64,000 nucleotides of DNA from Podarcis bocagei (lineage: Eukaryota): NCBI GenBank assembly GCA_964188305.1, contig OZ076892.1. One strand, 5' to 3'. This document shows positions 39,075 through 53,470 of the stretch, piece after piece. The position numbers were made by a program, and so were the translations under genes. How positions within the stretch are numbered: the first letter of the stretch is position 1; every line of letters begins with the position of its first letter. The notes under the pieces are model-generated. The model ran no database searches. It was not told the origin of the DNA and saw only the letters and a program-made list of their open reading frames with translations.

Positions 39075-41464
39075 CAATCCGCAGCTGCTTGTGGGCTTCA
39101 TGTGTCCCTCTGTGCTTTGGGAGCCTGATGTGGCTTCTCCTGGGTGCTGGGTGGGGCGGTTCCCAAACGTGTACATGGCGAAGGTTGTTGCTGTGTTAGA
39201 GCCACAGGTGGGGGCACCGCAGCTCTCATCGCCCTCTGGTCTGTGTGCTTCCCCCAATCCCCCCACTGTAGGATGACCCAGTTGAGAGTTTGGCCTGACT
39301 CCTGCCTGTTTCCCTGCTTGCAGGTGGAGGTTTTTGACCCCCTGTTCCTTGCTTGAAAGGGAGCAAGGGGAACATACTGTAGACAGGCAAAGAAGGACAG
39401 CCCTAGGCAGGCCTGGAAAACCAGGGCTGACCAAAAGGGGTTAAATTCTCCTTGCTTTTAAGCACATCATCCAGCCCACTGCTGTGCTGCAAATACTGCG
39501 TCTGTCATACAACTCAGCAGTTAGATGAATCTCCCCATCTAGTCTACTTCAGCAGTGCAGAAGTGGCACACATTTTCGCAGCCCAAGAGGGGAGGCATAG
39601 CAGCTCCTGCCACCACTGCTCAAGGGCCTGCAAAGATTTGCATGCACTCAGAAGAGTGGAGAAAGGACCCCAAGGGGCTCAGTTGCAGGAGGGCTCATGT
39701 AGGCTGCTTGGACTTCAACGTTTTTCCTGTTCGTCGGGTTTTGAAAGTGTGTGCCCAGAAGAGGCTGGGGAGAGTGGTGTTCTTATATGCAGGAGTGCCA
39801 TTGGGCTTTCCAGGATGGGCACCTGGCAGGGCACTGTCAGAACAGCAGGCCCCTTGGGTCTGGTCGAGCTGCAGGGCTCTGCTTTTGTTCTTCGAATGCT
39901 CAGACAGGAAAGCCACATTTTGCAGCAGTCCCAGGCCGCTGCCTCTGCCTTCCCCAGCTGACTTGTCTCCTGCTCCAACCAGGGAAACCAAAGAGGCCCC
40001 CAAGCTAGCCTGGCGCCAAGGGAGCCATTGCAGGCCTGGCACACAGGCTGCTGCTCTTGGCATTTGGAAGCGAAGGTGGGGGGTGGGGGTGGGGGAGGTG
40101 TGACCACTTCCACCAACTCTTTAGCGCACAACCAGAGCCAGAATGGCTCTACTGGGCAGCATTTGGTGCCAAAGACAAGCCCCCTGTGTTTCAGAGGAAG
40201 TTTCCAGGGCCTGGAGGGAGGGAATTTGCAAAGGCTTTTACCTGAAGGACTGTCAGAGGGGAGGGGTTGTGGCCTGTGGCGGAAATATTTCCCCTCCTCT
40301 CTGCTGGCTTTAAAAGCATGGCTTTGTCCCTGAAGGCAGAGAGCAGTCTTGTGTTGTGGGCAGAAGGAGGGAGCAGCAAAACATGTTTAGCTTGGCCAAG
40401 AGGCACAGGCTGGCTTTGTGAGCTCTGCTGCAGGGAAAGAAGATCACCCTGTTCTCTGGGGAAGCAAAGCAGCCAGAAATTCCCACTGCTGGGGGAGTCA
40501 CTCTGGGAAACCAGGAGGGCGAGCCCCATGCCCTTGTTTGGCCAGTGAAACCCTCACACATTCCAATCTGGAGGTGAGCGGCCCCTGCCAGCGTTAGGGT
40601 GTGACGGCTTGGAAGGTGTTGGGGCAAGCTTTGCCATCTTCCAGGCTCTCAAGCTAGTTTGCTTTCTCTTCCATCTCCCAGGAGAAAACAAAAGCAATGG
40701 AGCCAAATAGCAGCAAAGTGACGGAGAGGAAGGCTGGGCCAAAGAGAAGAGGGCAGTGGCTATTTTAGAAGCAGTGCTATTAAGGCAACTTGCAATGGCT
40801 CTCACTTCCTAGATAACTTAAAGTGGCTGGGGGGTGGAGAGAACCTGTGGGTCTCTAGCTATTGCTAGACTACAACTCCCATGATCCCTGGCTATGGTGG
40901 ATGGGAGTGAAGTATCCAAAATAGCTGAAAGGTCACAGGTTTCTTGCCTCTGTTGGACTAACACTTTTGAAAGCAGGGGGAGCACATGTCAGTAGTTCAG
41001 TGGTTCAACTGACCTCCGCCCTGCTTGTAGCTTATAGGGCTGAAAAGCCTGTGCCCCTGTGGAGCCACAGCCAGGTGGAATAGATCATACAGGCCAGCAG
41101 AACTCTCATGAAAGGCAACTGCATCTTCTACTAGGGAGGGGCCATAGCTCAAAAGGTGAAGCACATTTGTGTGCAGAAGTTCCCATGCCTATTTTAAAGG
41201 CTAAGACCTGTTGCCAGGAACAGACCCTATTTGGTTAAATGGACAGAGTCTGGTCCGGTAGAGGGCAGCATCCCATTTCCCCCCTCTTAGACTGTGTATT
41301 GTTTGGGGCATTCTAAGCATGTTGCTCTGAGCTGAGGCAAATGGCTGCCCACCCTCTGCCATGATAATCCTATAAAGTCATTCAGATGAAAAATGACACC
41401 CAGCAAACTTCCAAACTTTTTCTTTTTTAGCACCAATCTATTTACCAATAGTGCACATGTTACA

Positions 41465-41816
41465 GGGACGCGGGTGGCGCTGTGGGTTAAACCACAGAGC
41501 CTAGGACTTGCCGATCAGGTCGGCGGTTCGAATTCCTGTGATGTGGTGAGCTCCTGTTGTTCGGTCCCTGCTCCTGCCAACCTAGCAGTTCGAAGGCACG
41601 TCAAAGTGCAAGTAGATAAATAGGTACCGCTCTGGCGGGAAGATAAATGGCATTTGCATGTGCTGCTCTGGTTCGCCAGAAGCGGCTTAGTCTTGCCGGC
41701 CACACGACCCGGAAGCTGTACGCTGGCTCCCTCGGCCAATAAAGCGAGATGAGCGCTGCAACTCCAGAGTCGGCCACAACTGGACCTAATGGTCAGGGGT
41801 CCCTTTACCTTTACCT
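41465..41816 (+). mobile_element. Sauria SINE, full length
   Basis: Head GGGACGCGGGTGGCGCTGTGG with B box GGTTCGAATTCC, tail (ACCTTT)n, imperfect TSD TAGTGCAC(AT)GTTA at 41449-41462 and 41817-41828. Confidence 0.9.
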
Positions 41817-43676
41817 TAGTGCACGTTAATTCCTTATCCAAGCGAGCAAAGATGTTGGAGAGCATCCAGCACAGACAGCTGTGAAACAAATCTGGTGACT
41901 TCCCTTGCAATTAGGAGCATCTCCTAATCCGTGCATGTTGCACACAGGTCTGGAGGTAGGTACCTCATCTCTCTTTCCCTAGCAAAACACAGAACTTCAG
42001 CTATTTCTCTACAATGTTCTTCACTCTGCCAAAGGCAATTAGAGTACTGAATCAACTAATGAAACCAGATCTTTTGGACATGATCTAGTCTTGCAATAAG
42101 CAGCAGCCTACTGGCTTCTAGATAGTTCTATTCAACCATTGTCACCTTGATTCTCATTCCTTCCACCATTAGCTAGTGTTCGTGTTGAATTTCTCCTCTG
42201 ACTAGCCAGGACTCCAAGGGGGTGGGGGGAATGTCCTTTTTCACACAAGCAGCTTTGGGCTGCTTGGCTGTCTGACCTCCTTCCTAGTTTGCAGAAAAGC
42301 CCTTCTGGATTCCATCAGCATCTTGCCAAAGCCACTTGGGAGAACTGCTGCCAATCCTTAACAGGCAGTTTCCTTTGTAATTAGAGGGGCTGCAGTGGGG
42401 GCTGAGTTTGCAGTCACCGTTGTCACAGGCTTGGCTGCTGTATCAGAGCTCTGCTCTTGCCGCTCTGGGAATTGGAGGGCGGCAGTTGTCGTAATCTCCA
42501 ATTTCACTGGTGGGCCAAAGAGCCTGTAAATTAGCAATTCTTGTCCCAGGAACAAACATTTTACAGAGAGGTTTTGTCCTAAGAAAAGGGCCTACCCTGG
42601 GTATCTGACTTGCTGTAGAAAAGCAGATAAAAAAAGACTTCACAGGGAAATGCAGAGGTTGTGTTTGTTTCCGCACAGGTTTGAATCCTAGTTTCAGGTC
42701 TCCCTACAGCAAATGGGCAGCCACTTGAAAAAGCAAAAGCAGAAACAGAATAAAAGTTCTGCAAAAAAAGGTCGCTGTTGGGCCTCAGACAGATGTGTGC
42801 AAAAGCAATGAGAGAGGAAGAAACAAAAATCAGGGATGCTGCGCTGGAGAAAAGTGCAAATCTTTTCCCCTCGTCTCATAAAATAAGACCTCAGGCTCTG
42901 AAACTGATTGGTAGCTGACCTAAAACATGCAAAAGGAAGTACTTCACAGAATGCAGAAATAATTCACAGAATTCGTTCCAGCAAGGTGTACTGATCACAA
43001 AAGCTAGGTATTTACATATATTTACACGTATTTATGTGTGCGCGCATGCATGCATGTCTACAAAACAACAAACATAACAAAAAAGAAATAAAACAGGAAA
43101 ATGACAAAAACAGAAGTGATATGCCTCTGAATACCAGTTCAAGTAGGGAAAGTTACTGTTGTGCTCAGATCCTGCTTGCAGGCTTCCCACTGGCATCTGA
43201 CTGGCCACTGCGAGAACTGAATGCGGTGTCAGATGGGCCTTTGGTCTGATGCAGCACCCAGATTCTGCCCATGTTCCTTTCTTCCATCTCTCTACCCTCC
43301 TCCTAAGTAAAGATGTCTTCCTTAAACCACTATGCCTGGGAAGTGGAAAGCAAACGACCTGGTCAAGGCGAAATATCTCCCCTTCATGCCACCTGTCTTG
43401 AAAGAGGCCATGGGTGAGGCAGGTTCCTAGTAACCTCCTTTAGCCCCAAAAGTTTGCCAGCTTGTTCTTGGGTAAGCAATTAACGGTCACCTCAGAGCAA
43501 GCAATCTCTCTAACCCTCTCCTGTTGTGCAACGGTCAAGAACTTGCCTCTTTTGTGGATAATGTGCAATTTTTACTCTTATTGTTTGATGGTTTTACTGT
43601 TGATGACTTGTATGTTATTTAAACTTTTCCCTACTTCGGGGGTTGTATTGACGAGGATTTCTAAAGCCAGCTCCAT

Positions 43677-43694
43677 GCTGCCACCTGGTGGCTG
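43677..43694 (-). promoter_or_regulatory. Candidate CTCF site between the WWP2 and PSMD7 3' ends
   Basis: - strand CAGCCACCAGGTGGCAGC fits CCASYAGRKGGCRS. Confidence 0.55.
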
Positions 43695-44313
43695 AAGCTC
43701 ATTATTGCATGAGCTCTGGCAAAGAAGTACCAGTACCTCAGGTTGTTGTCTTTGCCATACTTCAGAACAAATCCAGGCAAGAGCTGGCCTGTGGTCTACC
43801 TCTGATGTGTGCATCTGGGGGTGCATGCCCCCATAACAGACTTTCTTGGTTATGGGATTAAGCTTATGGTCTCACTGGCCAGACTGGATAGTCCAGTTTA
43901 GGGGGGGGGGTGTCCGTGGGACCTGCTTTTGAACACTGTGAGCAAACAAGACCAAGACTCTGTCTTTGTAGCTGGCTGGAGAGGCATTATGCCATGCCAG
44001 AGCTGACAGCTTTTGCTAAAGCAAAGACTAACCAGGCTGTCTGCCCTAGTGCCATTTCTTGCTTCAGGTTGTATACAGATCAAGGACAGGGCACCCTTTT
44101 CAGTCAAAGGGCCACATGGCAGTGGTAGGCAGGGGCAGGGGCAAAAGTAGGTGGAGAAATTAATATACATTTCCCCTTTATGTAACAGCTTTTATTTCTA
44201 CACACATTCCTCTCTCTCATCCATCCAGGCAATTAGAAATATTAAGAATTCTGGGACACATTCCAGCCAGCCAAAAACACTCAAGGAGACTTCAAGCAGA
44301 GCTGGTGAGAATC

Positions 44314-44435
44314 TCATAGAATCAGAGTTGGAAGGGAGCCTAATGGTCATGTAGTCCAACCCCCTGCAGTACAGGAATCTCAACTAAAGCATGCATTACA
44401 GATGGCCATCCAACAATTGCTTAAAAATCTCCAGA
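44314..44435 (-). mobile_element. CR1 3' end fragment downstream of the PSMD7 stop
   Basis: CATAGAATCAGAGTTGGAAGGG...TCCAACCCCCTGC, same pattern as the CR1 tail at 34856. Confidence 0.65.
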
Positions 44436-44662
44436 AAGCACCTCAAGGGCCATGCAAAGTCCTGGGGGTGCTTATGATCATCCCTGCCATAGATGGTCCA
44501 GTTAAACAGATATTGCTCAGGTCATCTCATCTTCTATCTAGCTACCCACCTACAAACCAAAGCAGTTCTGGGTACCCCTCAAGCCTCTACTAACAAAAAA
44601 ACCTACAGCCAGCACCAGAGTTCAGTTTACAAGGTTTTAATACACAAATACAAAATCCTACT

Positions 44663-45328
<666 letters not shown>

Positions 45329-45645
45329 TTAGGATAAGACCAGATGCTAGATGGGCACCCTTTGGCCTAATCCAGCATAGGAAATATGGTGGCACATTTG
45401 CATGGCTAAGGGATAGGCTACCACTAGATCCCAATGAAGGGTGGCTGTCAGGATAAATTAAAGATGATGCCTCTATTAAGCTGGCGAGGTGTGTGGCCTT
45501 GCAGGGGTCAAAGGCATTCTGCATCCATTATTTTATATCTGCAAGATGGGAATACCTGCCTCCCTGTATTATCTTGAGGAGTAACTATGTAAGCAGAACA
45601 CAAGCTAAGAAGTCTGAAGTGACAGGCAAGAAAGGTATTTTTTTA

Positions 45646-45777
<132 letters not shown>

Positions 45778-45807
45778 TCATCACCTTTATTCAACTTCTG
45801 GGCAGAA

Positions 45808-45813
<6 letters not shown>

Positions 45814-45854
<41 letters not shown>
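45814..45854. repeat. (GT/AC) about 20-unit microsatellite in PSMD7 intron 5
   Basis: Perfect dinucleotide run. Confidence 0.95.
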
Positions 45855-45855
<1 letters not shown>

Positions 45856-46173
45856 TGAACCCTGGAAAAACTTACAATTGTTGCATAAGAAGCCAAGAGT
45901 TGCTGAAGAATAAGAACAGAGCCATAACTGGCCAATGGAAGAGACACACTAACCCTAAATTGCCTTCATAAGGAAGTGTGAACTGAATTAATAATAAACA
46001 CTGAGAAGTTCTTTCATCCTAAGCAGAGTTTTTCTCAGGTACTCTGTAGGGTGCTGGCTGCAAAAGGAGTGACATGAGCAAGGTACAGGCAGCATTCCTG
46101 TTATTAGCTCAGCCTGTTTTAGTCTGGTCCTTTGGTTGACACTGAAATGTATGAATAAACCCAGGATACTCAC

Positions 46174-46254
46174 ATCGTGAACTTCTTCCACAGAGATGTA
46201 GGCTTCAGTGGGCAGCCCCAGGTCCTTTGGCTTTACATCGATAATTACCAATAC
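46174..46254 (-). CDS. PSMD7: PSMD7 exon 5 [27 protein letters not shown]
   Basis: 81 nt, GT-AG. Confidence 0.96.
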
Positions 46255-46392
46255 CTGTTTGAAAGAAACCCTTTAGTGCCTATTGGTGGAAAACAAAACC
46301 TACCAGTCTCCTTCCAGTAACCTGCAGCCTGCCACTGCATAAAGGATCATCTTGCCATTTCCAACTTGTTCTTACAAGTTGCAGTAACATCA

Positions 46393-46566
<174 letters not shown>

Positions 46567-47200
46567 TCAGAGTACACGAAGCAGCTGGAAGAGGGCTCTA
46601 CCTCCAAGAGCCATTTCCTTCTTCTACTGTTTCACTGGAAGTGGGACTTTGCAGGAATAAAGCATGGTTCTACATGCAATGATATTGTATAGCAAACGGG
46701 ATGAGAATTTAGAATTACTCACAACCGGAGCCTATCATTCATACTGGACATTGCTTACATCCAAAGTTTACTGGACTTGAACATCAGCTTCAAAATAAAT
46801 TTTACAGGTACAGAATACTACACTTTGAACGTTGGCAAAATAGATGAGATATGCCCAACCTTGAGGACTTTGCCAAACGAATGAACAACAAAAAGCCTAT
46901 TTACTGCCTACACAAGCTATAAAAGACCCTTCCTTCAAGTAGCATGTAGTCTAAAATATGGTTTCTTTGCTGGGGCATTAGGTTAAAACATGAGAGGTTT
47001 TGCAGAATCTGATGTTGAAGGGTGACCCAGTTCCTTCATTTTCTCACTAACAGAGGTGTTCATCTCCAAAATGAAAAACTTTTAAACTAAGCATTTGTGA
47101 GCAGTCATAGCAAAGTTATTTAAGTAACATCACTTTTTGGCTTTTCCCAGAGATAGCTTTAGCTGTGACTTGCACTTCTGGCTAACCAAGCATTGCTTAC

Positions 47201-47293
47201 CATTTACTTTCTTGAACATCCCATACATGTTCTCCAGATAGTCATGGTCCAAAAACCATACAGAGTCGTCTTTATCATCTTCATCAAAGGGGA
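47201..47293 (-). CDS. PSMD7: PSMD7 exon 3 [30 protein letters not shown]
   Basis: 93 nt, GT-AG. Confidence 0.96.
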
Positions 47294-48946
47294 CTGTGGG
47301 TAAAAAAAGAGAATCCAAATCATGGCATGAATTTCCAGCCTTTAAAAAAACCCCCATGGAAATGGTTTATTGAATATTTACAAATAACCTGTAAACAGTA
47401 AGAACACTGGCAGGATTATTGTAATAACCTGCAGTTTTACAAGAGTATATATTTAAAGTAGATGAATAAATTAGTAAATTAAGTTAATTTGGAATATGCA
47501 GAAAATATAAAAAATAAATTTAAGGAACCACAAAGAGGGGGAAGGAAGTCAAGTTTTGAAATGTTAAAATGATTGTAAAATTACTGAAATGAATAAAACT
47601 GAAAATCATAAATAAATATTAAAAAGGAAAGTGACAATTTTGCCAAGTTACATCCCATGTGGTGGGAATTAAGAGCAGCCCTGCTGGATCAGGTCAAAGA
47701 GGGTCCAGTAGTCCAGCACATTGTTCTCACAGATGCCTCTGGGAAGCTGGCAAGTCACTTAGAATGGGATCCAGTCTTGACATTACAGAGGTGAGGATGA
47801 TTTAAATTTCTATTCCACCCTCCATGAGAGGATCACAGGGCGTTTGAAAATAGCAAGTTATCATGCACTGAGTAAGACTACTGGACTATCCAATCCCAGT
47901 ACTGGTCTCCTGAGTGGCTACCCAGCGTCTTAGGGAGTTTTTTTATCAGCTGCCACTTGGTCCTTTTTAAATGGAAATGCCAGGGACTGCACATTCTGTG
48001 AGCAAAGCGTGCATTCAACGACTGACCTACAAAAGTTCCCCAAGGAACAGAAGATACCATTATTATTTATTGTATTCATATTCTGCCCTTCCTCCCAAAG
48101 GAGTCCAGGGAGACAAACAACATGTGGTAAACAATAAAAGCATCTTTTTAACTACAGTGATGAAGTCAATCTCTTTACCTAGGGTCTCCAAACTGGAGTC
48201 TTTCAGCTCAGATGTGATCCGTTTATTTTTAATTAAAAGGAGCTGCCTGGCGCAATTCAAATTAATCAAGCCGACATTAGAGAGAAAAGGGAGGAGATGT
48301 TGCAGAACTAGGCTGCTCCAGTGCTTACAATGGGCCTGGGCCATCGCCCAGGGGATTGAATCTGGTATATTCTGCAAGCAAAGCAGATACCCTACCACTG
48401 ATTTAGGACCTATTCCTACCACAGTATTGACTGTAGTATGTGGTACATGTAGTTGCAGCCCACAAGATTAATGACTAGACGAGATCACAAGTTTCTAGAA
48501 CTGGGCAGACTCAGATTTAAACTAAAGGTGGATGAAAGAATGATGATTCCCTGGAGCAGACTATGGAAAGCTAAGGCTGGCTTCCGACACCCTGAGAACT
48601 CGAGGGACCGCATTTAAGCTTTTAGCCAAACAAAATCCAGCAGGTTCCTAACTGGGCCCCTTTGGGTTATTATTTAATCAGAGTGCTGTTGAAAACTCAA
48701 GACTATCAACCAAGTTTCAATTGAGATTTATGACTAAGCTTTTCTGGGTCTCTCACTTTAAGACAAAAGGTGGGGAACCTCTGACCCTCCAAATGCTGCT
48801 GATGGAACTTGGAGTCCAACAGCATATAGAGGGCCACAGGTTCCCCACCAACAATTTAAGAGACAAACCCAAATTTCCCCAAATCCATTAATGGGGTGGA
48901 AAATGTTAGAGTAGGAGTGTACATTACAACCACATCTGGCTTGCTA

Positions 48947-49243
<297 letters not shown>

Positions 49244-49689
49244 TCACTAGGGAGGAGGCAGCTGAGTGTTGATGGCTTGTCTTCTTCTGATGGTTAATGG
49301 AGGAAGTCAACATACAAAAGCTGACTTAGCCCACCAATCCACCTAGCCCCAAAGTGTCAGCATTGCCTGGCCTGGCAGTGACTCTCCAAAGTCTATGTCA
49401 GAGCATGGCCTTTCCCACCACCTGCTTCTGAAATCCATTTAGCAGGTGTGGTTTCTGGGGGAGAGATGTTGTTGAACTGAACCTGCTGCTTGTAAAGCAA
49501 ATGCTCTGCCACATATCTACTCAGTCAAGTTGGCACAGCCATGCACTGGTTGCATGTATTTCATGCATGCAGCTGTGGCTGCTACTTAGGAAGCAGGTAT
49601 ATTTTAAGTCATATCAGTTTACTTATATTCCGCTCTTCCACTCAAGAGTCTGGAAAAGCAGGGGCAAAAGATGAATCTCATCCTTGCTC

Positions 49690-50660
<971 letters not shown>

Positions 50661-50840
50661 ATTTAAGCGTCCTTTTTGTGCTTTTCTTTCACAATCTAAG
50701 TCTGGAGGTGGCTTTAGCATCCACCAGAGATACTTATTCTACTTGTTTTAGGAAATTTTGGGAAATTTGAGGAGGGAAAAAACCCGAGATTTTGTTTCAG
50801 GGAAGACCCTGTATCGCTGCTAATACGTGCAAGACACATT

Positions 50841-51646
50841 TTGTTGTTGTTATTTAGTCATTTCCGACTCTTCGTGATCCCATGGACCAGAGCACGCCAG
50901 GCACTCCTGTCTTCCACTGCCTCCCGCAGTTTGGTCAAACTCATACCGGTAGCTTCCAGAACACTGTCCAACTATCTCGTCCTCTGTCGGCCCCTTCTCA
51001 TTGTGCCCTCCATCTTTCCCAACATCGGGATCTTTTCCAGGGAGTCTTCTCTTCTCATGAGGTGGCCAAAGTATTGGAGTCTCAGCTTCAGGATCTGTCC
51101 TTCCAGTGAGCACTCAGGGCTGATTTCCTTAAGAATGGATAGGTTTGATCTTCTTGCAGTCCATGGGACTCTTCAAGAGTCTCCTCCAGCACCATAATTC
51201 AAAAGCATCAATTCTTCTGCAATGAGCCTTCTTTATGGTCCAGCTCTTACTTCCATACATCACTATTTGGAATACCATAGCTTTAACTATACGGACCTTT
51301 GTTGGCAAGGTGATGTCTCTGCTTTTTAAGATGCTGTCTAGGTTTGTCATTGCTTTTCTCCCAAGAAGCAGGCGTCTTTTAATTTCGTGGCTGTTGTCAC
51401 CATCTGCAGTGATCATGGAGCCCAAGAAAGTAAAATCTCTCACTTCCTCCATTTCTTCCCCTTCTATTTGCCAGGAGGTGATGAGACCAGTGGCCATGAT
51501 CTTCATTTTTTTGATGTTGAACTTCAGACCATATTTTGCGCTCTCCTCTTTCACGCTCATTAAAAGATTCTTTAATCCTCCTCACTTTCTGCCATCAAGG
51601 TTGTGTCATTTGCATATCTGAGGTTGTTGATATTTCTTCCGGCAAT
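50841..51646 (-). mobile_element. RTE-BovB LINE, 5'-truncated
   Basis: RT C-terminal peptides KVRIVKAMVF...WTIKKAHCRRIDAFELWCWRRLL and MLTGRTDPEAETPILWPP; (CAA)n tail; frameshifted. Confidence 0.92.
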
Positions 51647-51924
51647 CACATGCTCCAAATGGAGGGCTTCCTCGGTTATTTGAAATTACGCATGCACACA
51701 AACACACATTTTCCACAATTGAAGGAAACATTTGCAACATTAAAGATTTCTATCTGTCCAGTGCTGCATTCACTCTGGAGTCATATGTTGGGGGAGCCAC
51801 ATGTTTATATCCAGAGAGAGAAAACTAGGCAGCACAAAACAATTTAAAACAAGAGCTTAAACAGCAACCAGCAACAGCTTTTTTATATCTACAATAGTCA
51901 TCCACTCCAGCTCCAAAGTATTAA

Positions 51925-52123
51925 GGGAATGGCTGTGGCTCAGTGGCAGAGCCTCTGCTTTGCATGCAGACAGTGTCCTACCTAAGGCTCAATCCACAGC
52001 AGCATCTGCAGGTACTACAGGGACAGAAACTCTGAAACTTTGGAGAGCTGATGCTGCCAGTCAGCATAGTTAATTCTGGGCTGGATAGACCAAGACTGTA
52101 TGGGGTCGTTTCTTATGCTCCTA
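51925..52123 (+). mobile_element. tRNA-derived SINE (Squam3-like)
   Basis: GGCTCAGTGGCAGAGC head, GGAGAGCTG...GCTGCCAGTCAG body. Confidence 0.6.
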
Positions 52124-53257
52124 CTGTTAAGAGGGAATTGAGTGGTGGGCTTTGTCTCAGCCCACTTCTTCCAGAGCTATTATTAATATGGGCCACCTCG
52201 AGACCATGGCAGTAGAGCACAACACTTTGGTTTGAGGCAAATCACTCCAAACAGCAGAGTAGTTTAGAAGCACATAAAATAATCCACTGTGTCCTCTGGC
52301 AACCATGAGTCGGCAGCTGCAATTCATTCAGGTTCTTATACTTATTTAAACCACTCCTGAAGAACTTTGCTTTACAAGGTGCTGTGCAAATAGCATACAG
52401 ATTAACCAATACTGAAACTGAGGTGGCAACTTGCCCAAGGTCACCCAGAGGTGAGAATTATTCTCCAGGTCCAAGACCAGCTCTCTATTGGCCCACACTG
52501 GCTGCTGTCTCTTGTCTTTGTTTGGAATTTCTCACTGTTGCTGAGGAAAGTACGGTAGATGTTATAGAACCACTTAATTGGTCATAATTTTTGCAGAAAA
52601 TACCAGCTTGTTTTCTGGCTCAGTGATTCAGAATGTGTGTTAATTAATCCCTTGTAAGGCATGATCTTGATTTATAGGGATGGCTTCAGATAAGAGAAGA
52701 TACCCAGATACATTCATTTGGTTCATTCACAAATATATTACAGGTCTCTGTTGCTGTTCTTTTGAAGCTCCCCTCACCCCCACCTTGAATGACACCTCAT
52801 AAGAAAGATTAGCTTTTATGCTTTATCCTCCTTGAAGACTCTTGAGTGACATCTCCCACTGTAAAAGCCCACAGAGAAGTGACTAACTTCTTTCAATGTG
52901 TTCTGAATTCAACCTCCTTCTGATGAAGGAGAAAACACATGCCAGTCCCAAGTAGTCTCTCCAGAAAGCACTCTATTGCCTCTACCTTCTCTTTGATAAT
53001 GAGAAAGATCTCAGGTGCCTCTTCTGATCTCACCTGCTGCATTGTGGCATGGGAAGAAAAGTGGCTTCTTAAGTAAGGAGATCCAAGGCTTTTTAGAAAT
53101 TGCAGGTAAAACTCAGTACTCTGAGCATTTGTACCTGGGGACCTGGAGGACACCAGCGTAGATCACAGGACGCAAATAGGAGCAAGAGCCTTGAGCTGAG
53201 ATGTGCTTTTAATTAAAAGTGTGCTGCAGATGTTGGCAGCTGCTTTGGCTTATTAAT

Positions 53258-53470
53258 GGGAAAGGGTGGTACCTCAATGGTTAGAGCATCTGCTTTGCAG
53301 GTAGATGGTCTTCAGTTCAGCCCCTGGCATCTCCAGGTGGGAGAAGGAATGTCCCCTGTCTGAAACCTTGGAAAGATGTTACCACTCAGTACCACTCAGT
53401 TACCACTCAGTACCACTGTACTGAGTTAGAAGATGGGCTTCTGTTATAAGGCATCTTCCTATGTTCCTAT
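53258..53470 (+). mobile_element. tRNA-derived SINE (Squam3-like) with an internal TACCACTCAG tandem repeat (about 53380-53417)
   Basis: Head TCAATGGTTAGAGCATCTGCTTTGCA, tail CTTCCTATGTTCCTA; three to four copies of TACCACT(CAG). Confidence 0.6.

Noticed and set aside
40868-40885. ACTACAACTCCCA ZNF143-like motifs scattered through introns and intergenic DNA
   Set aside because: Part of a common palindromic MITE; no promoter context.
53380-53417. Short direct-repeat array
   Set aside because: Slippage inside a SINE; no spacers; eukaryotic DNA, so not CRISPR.
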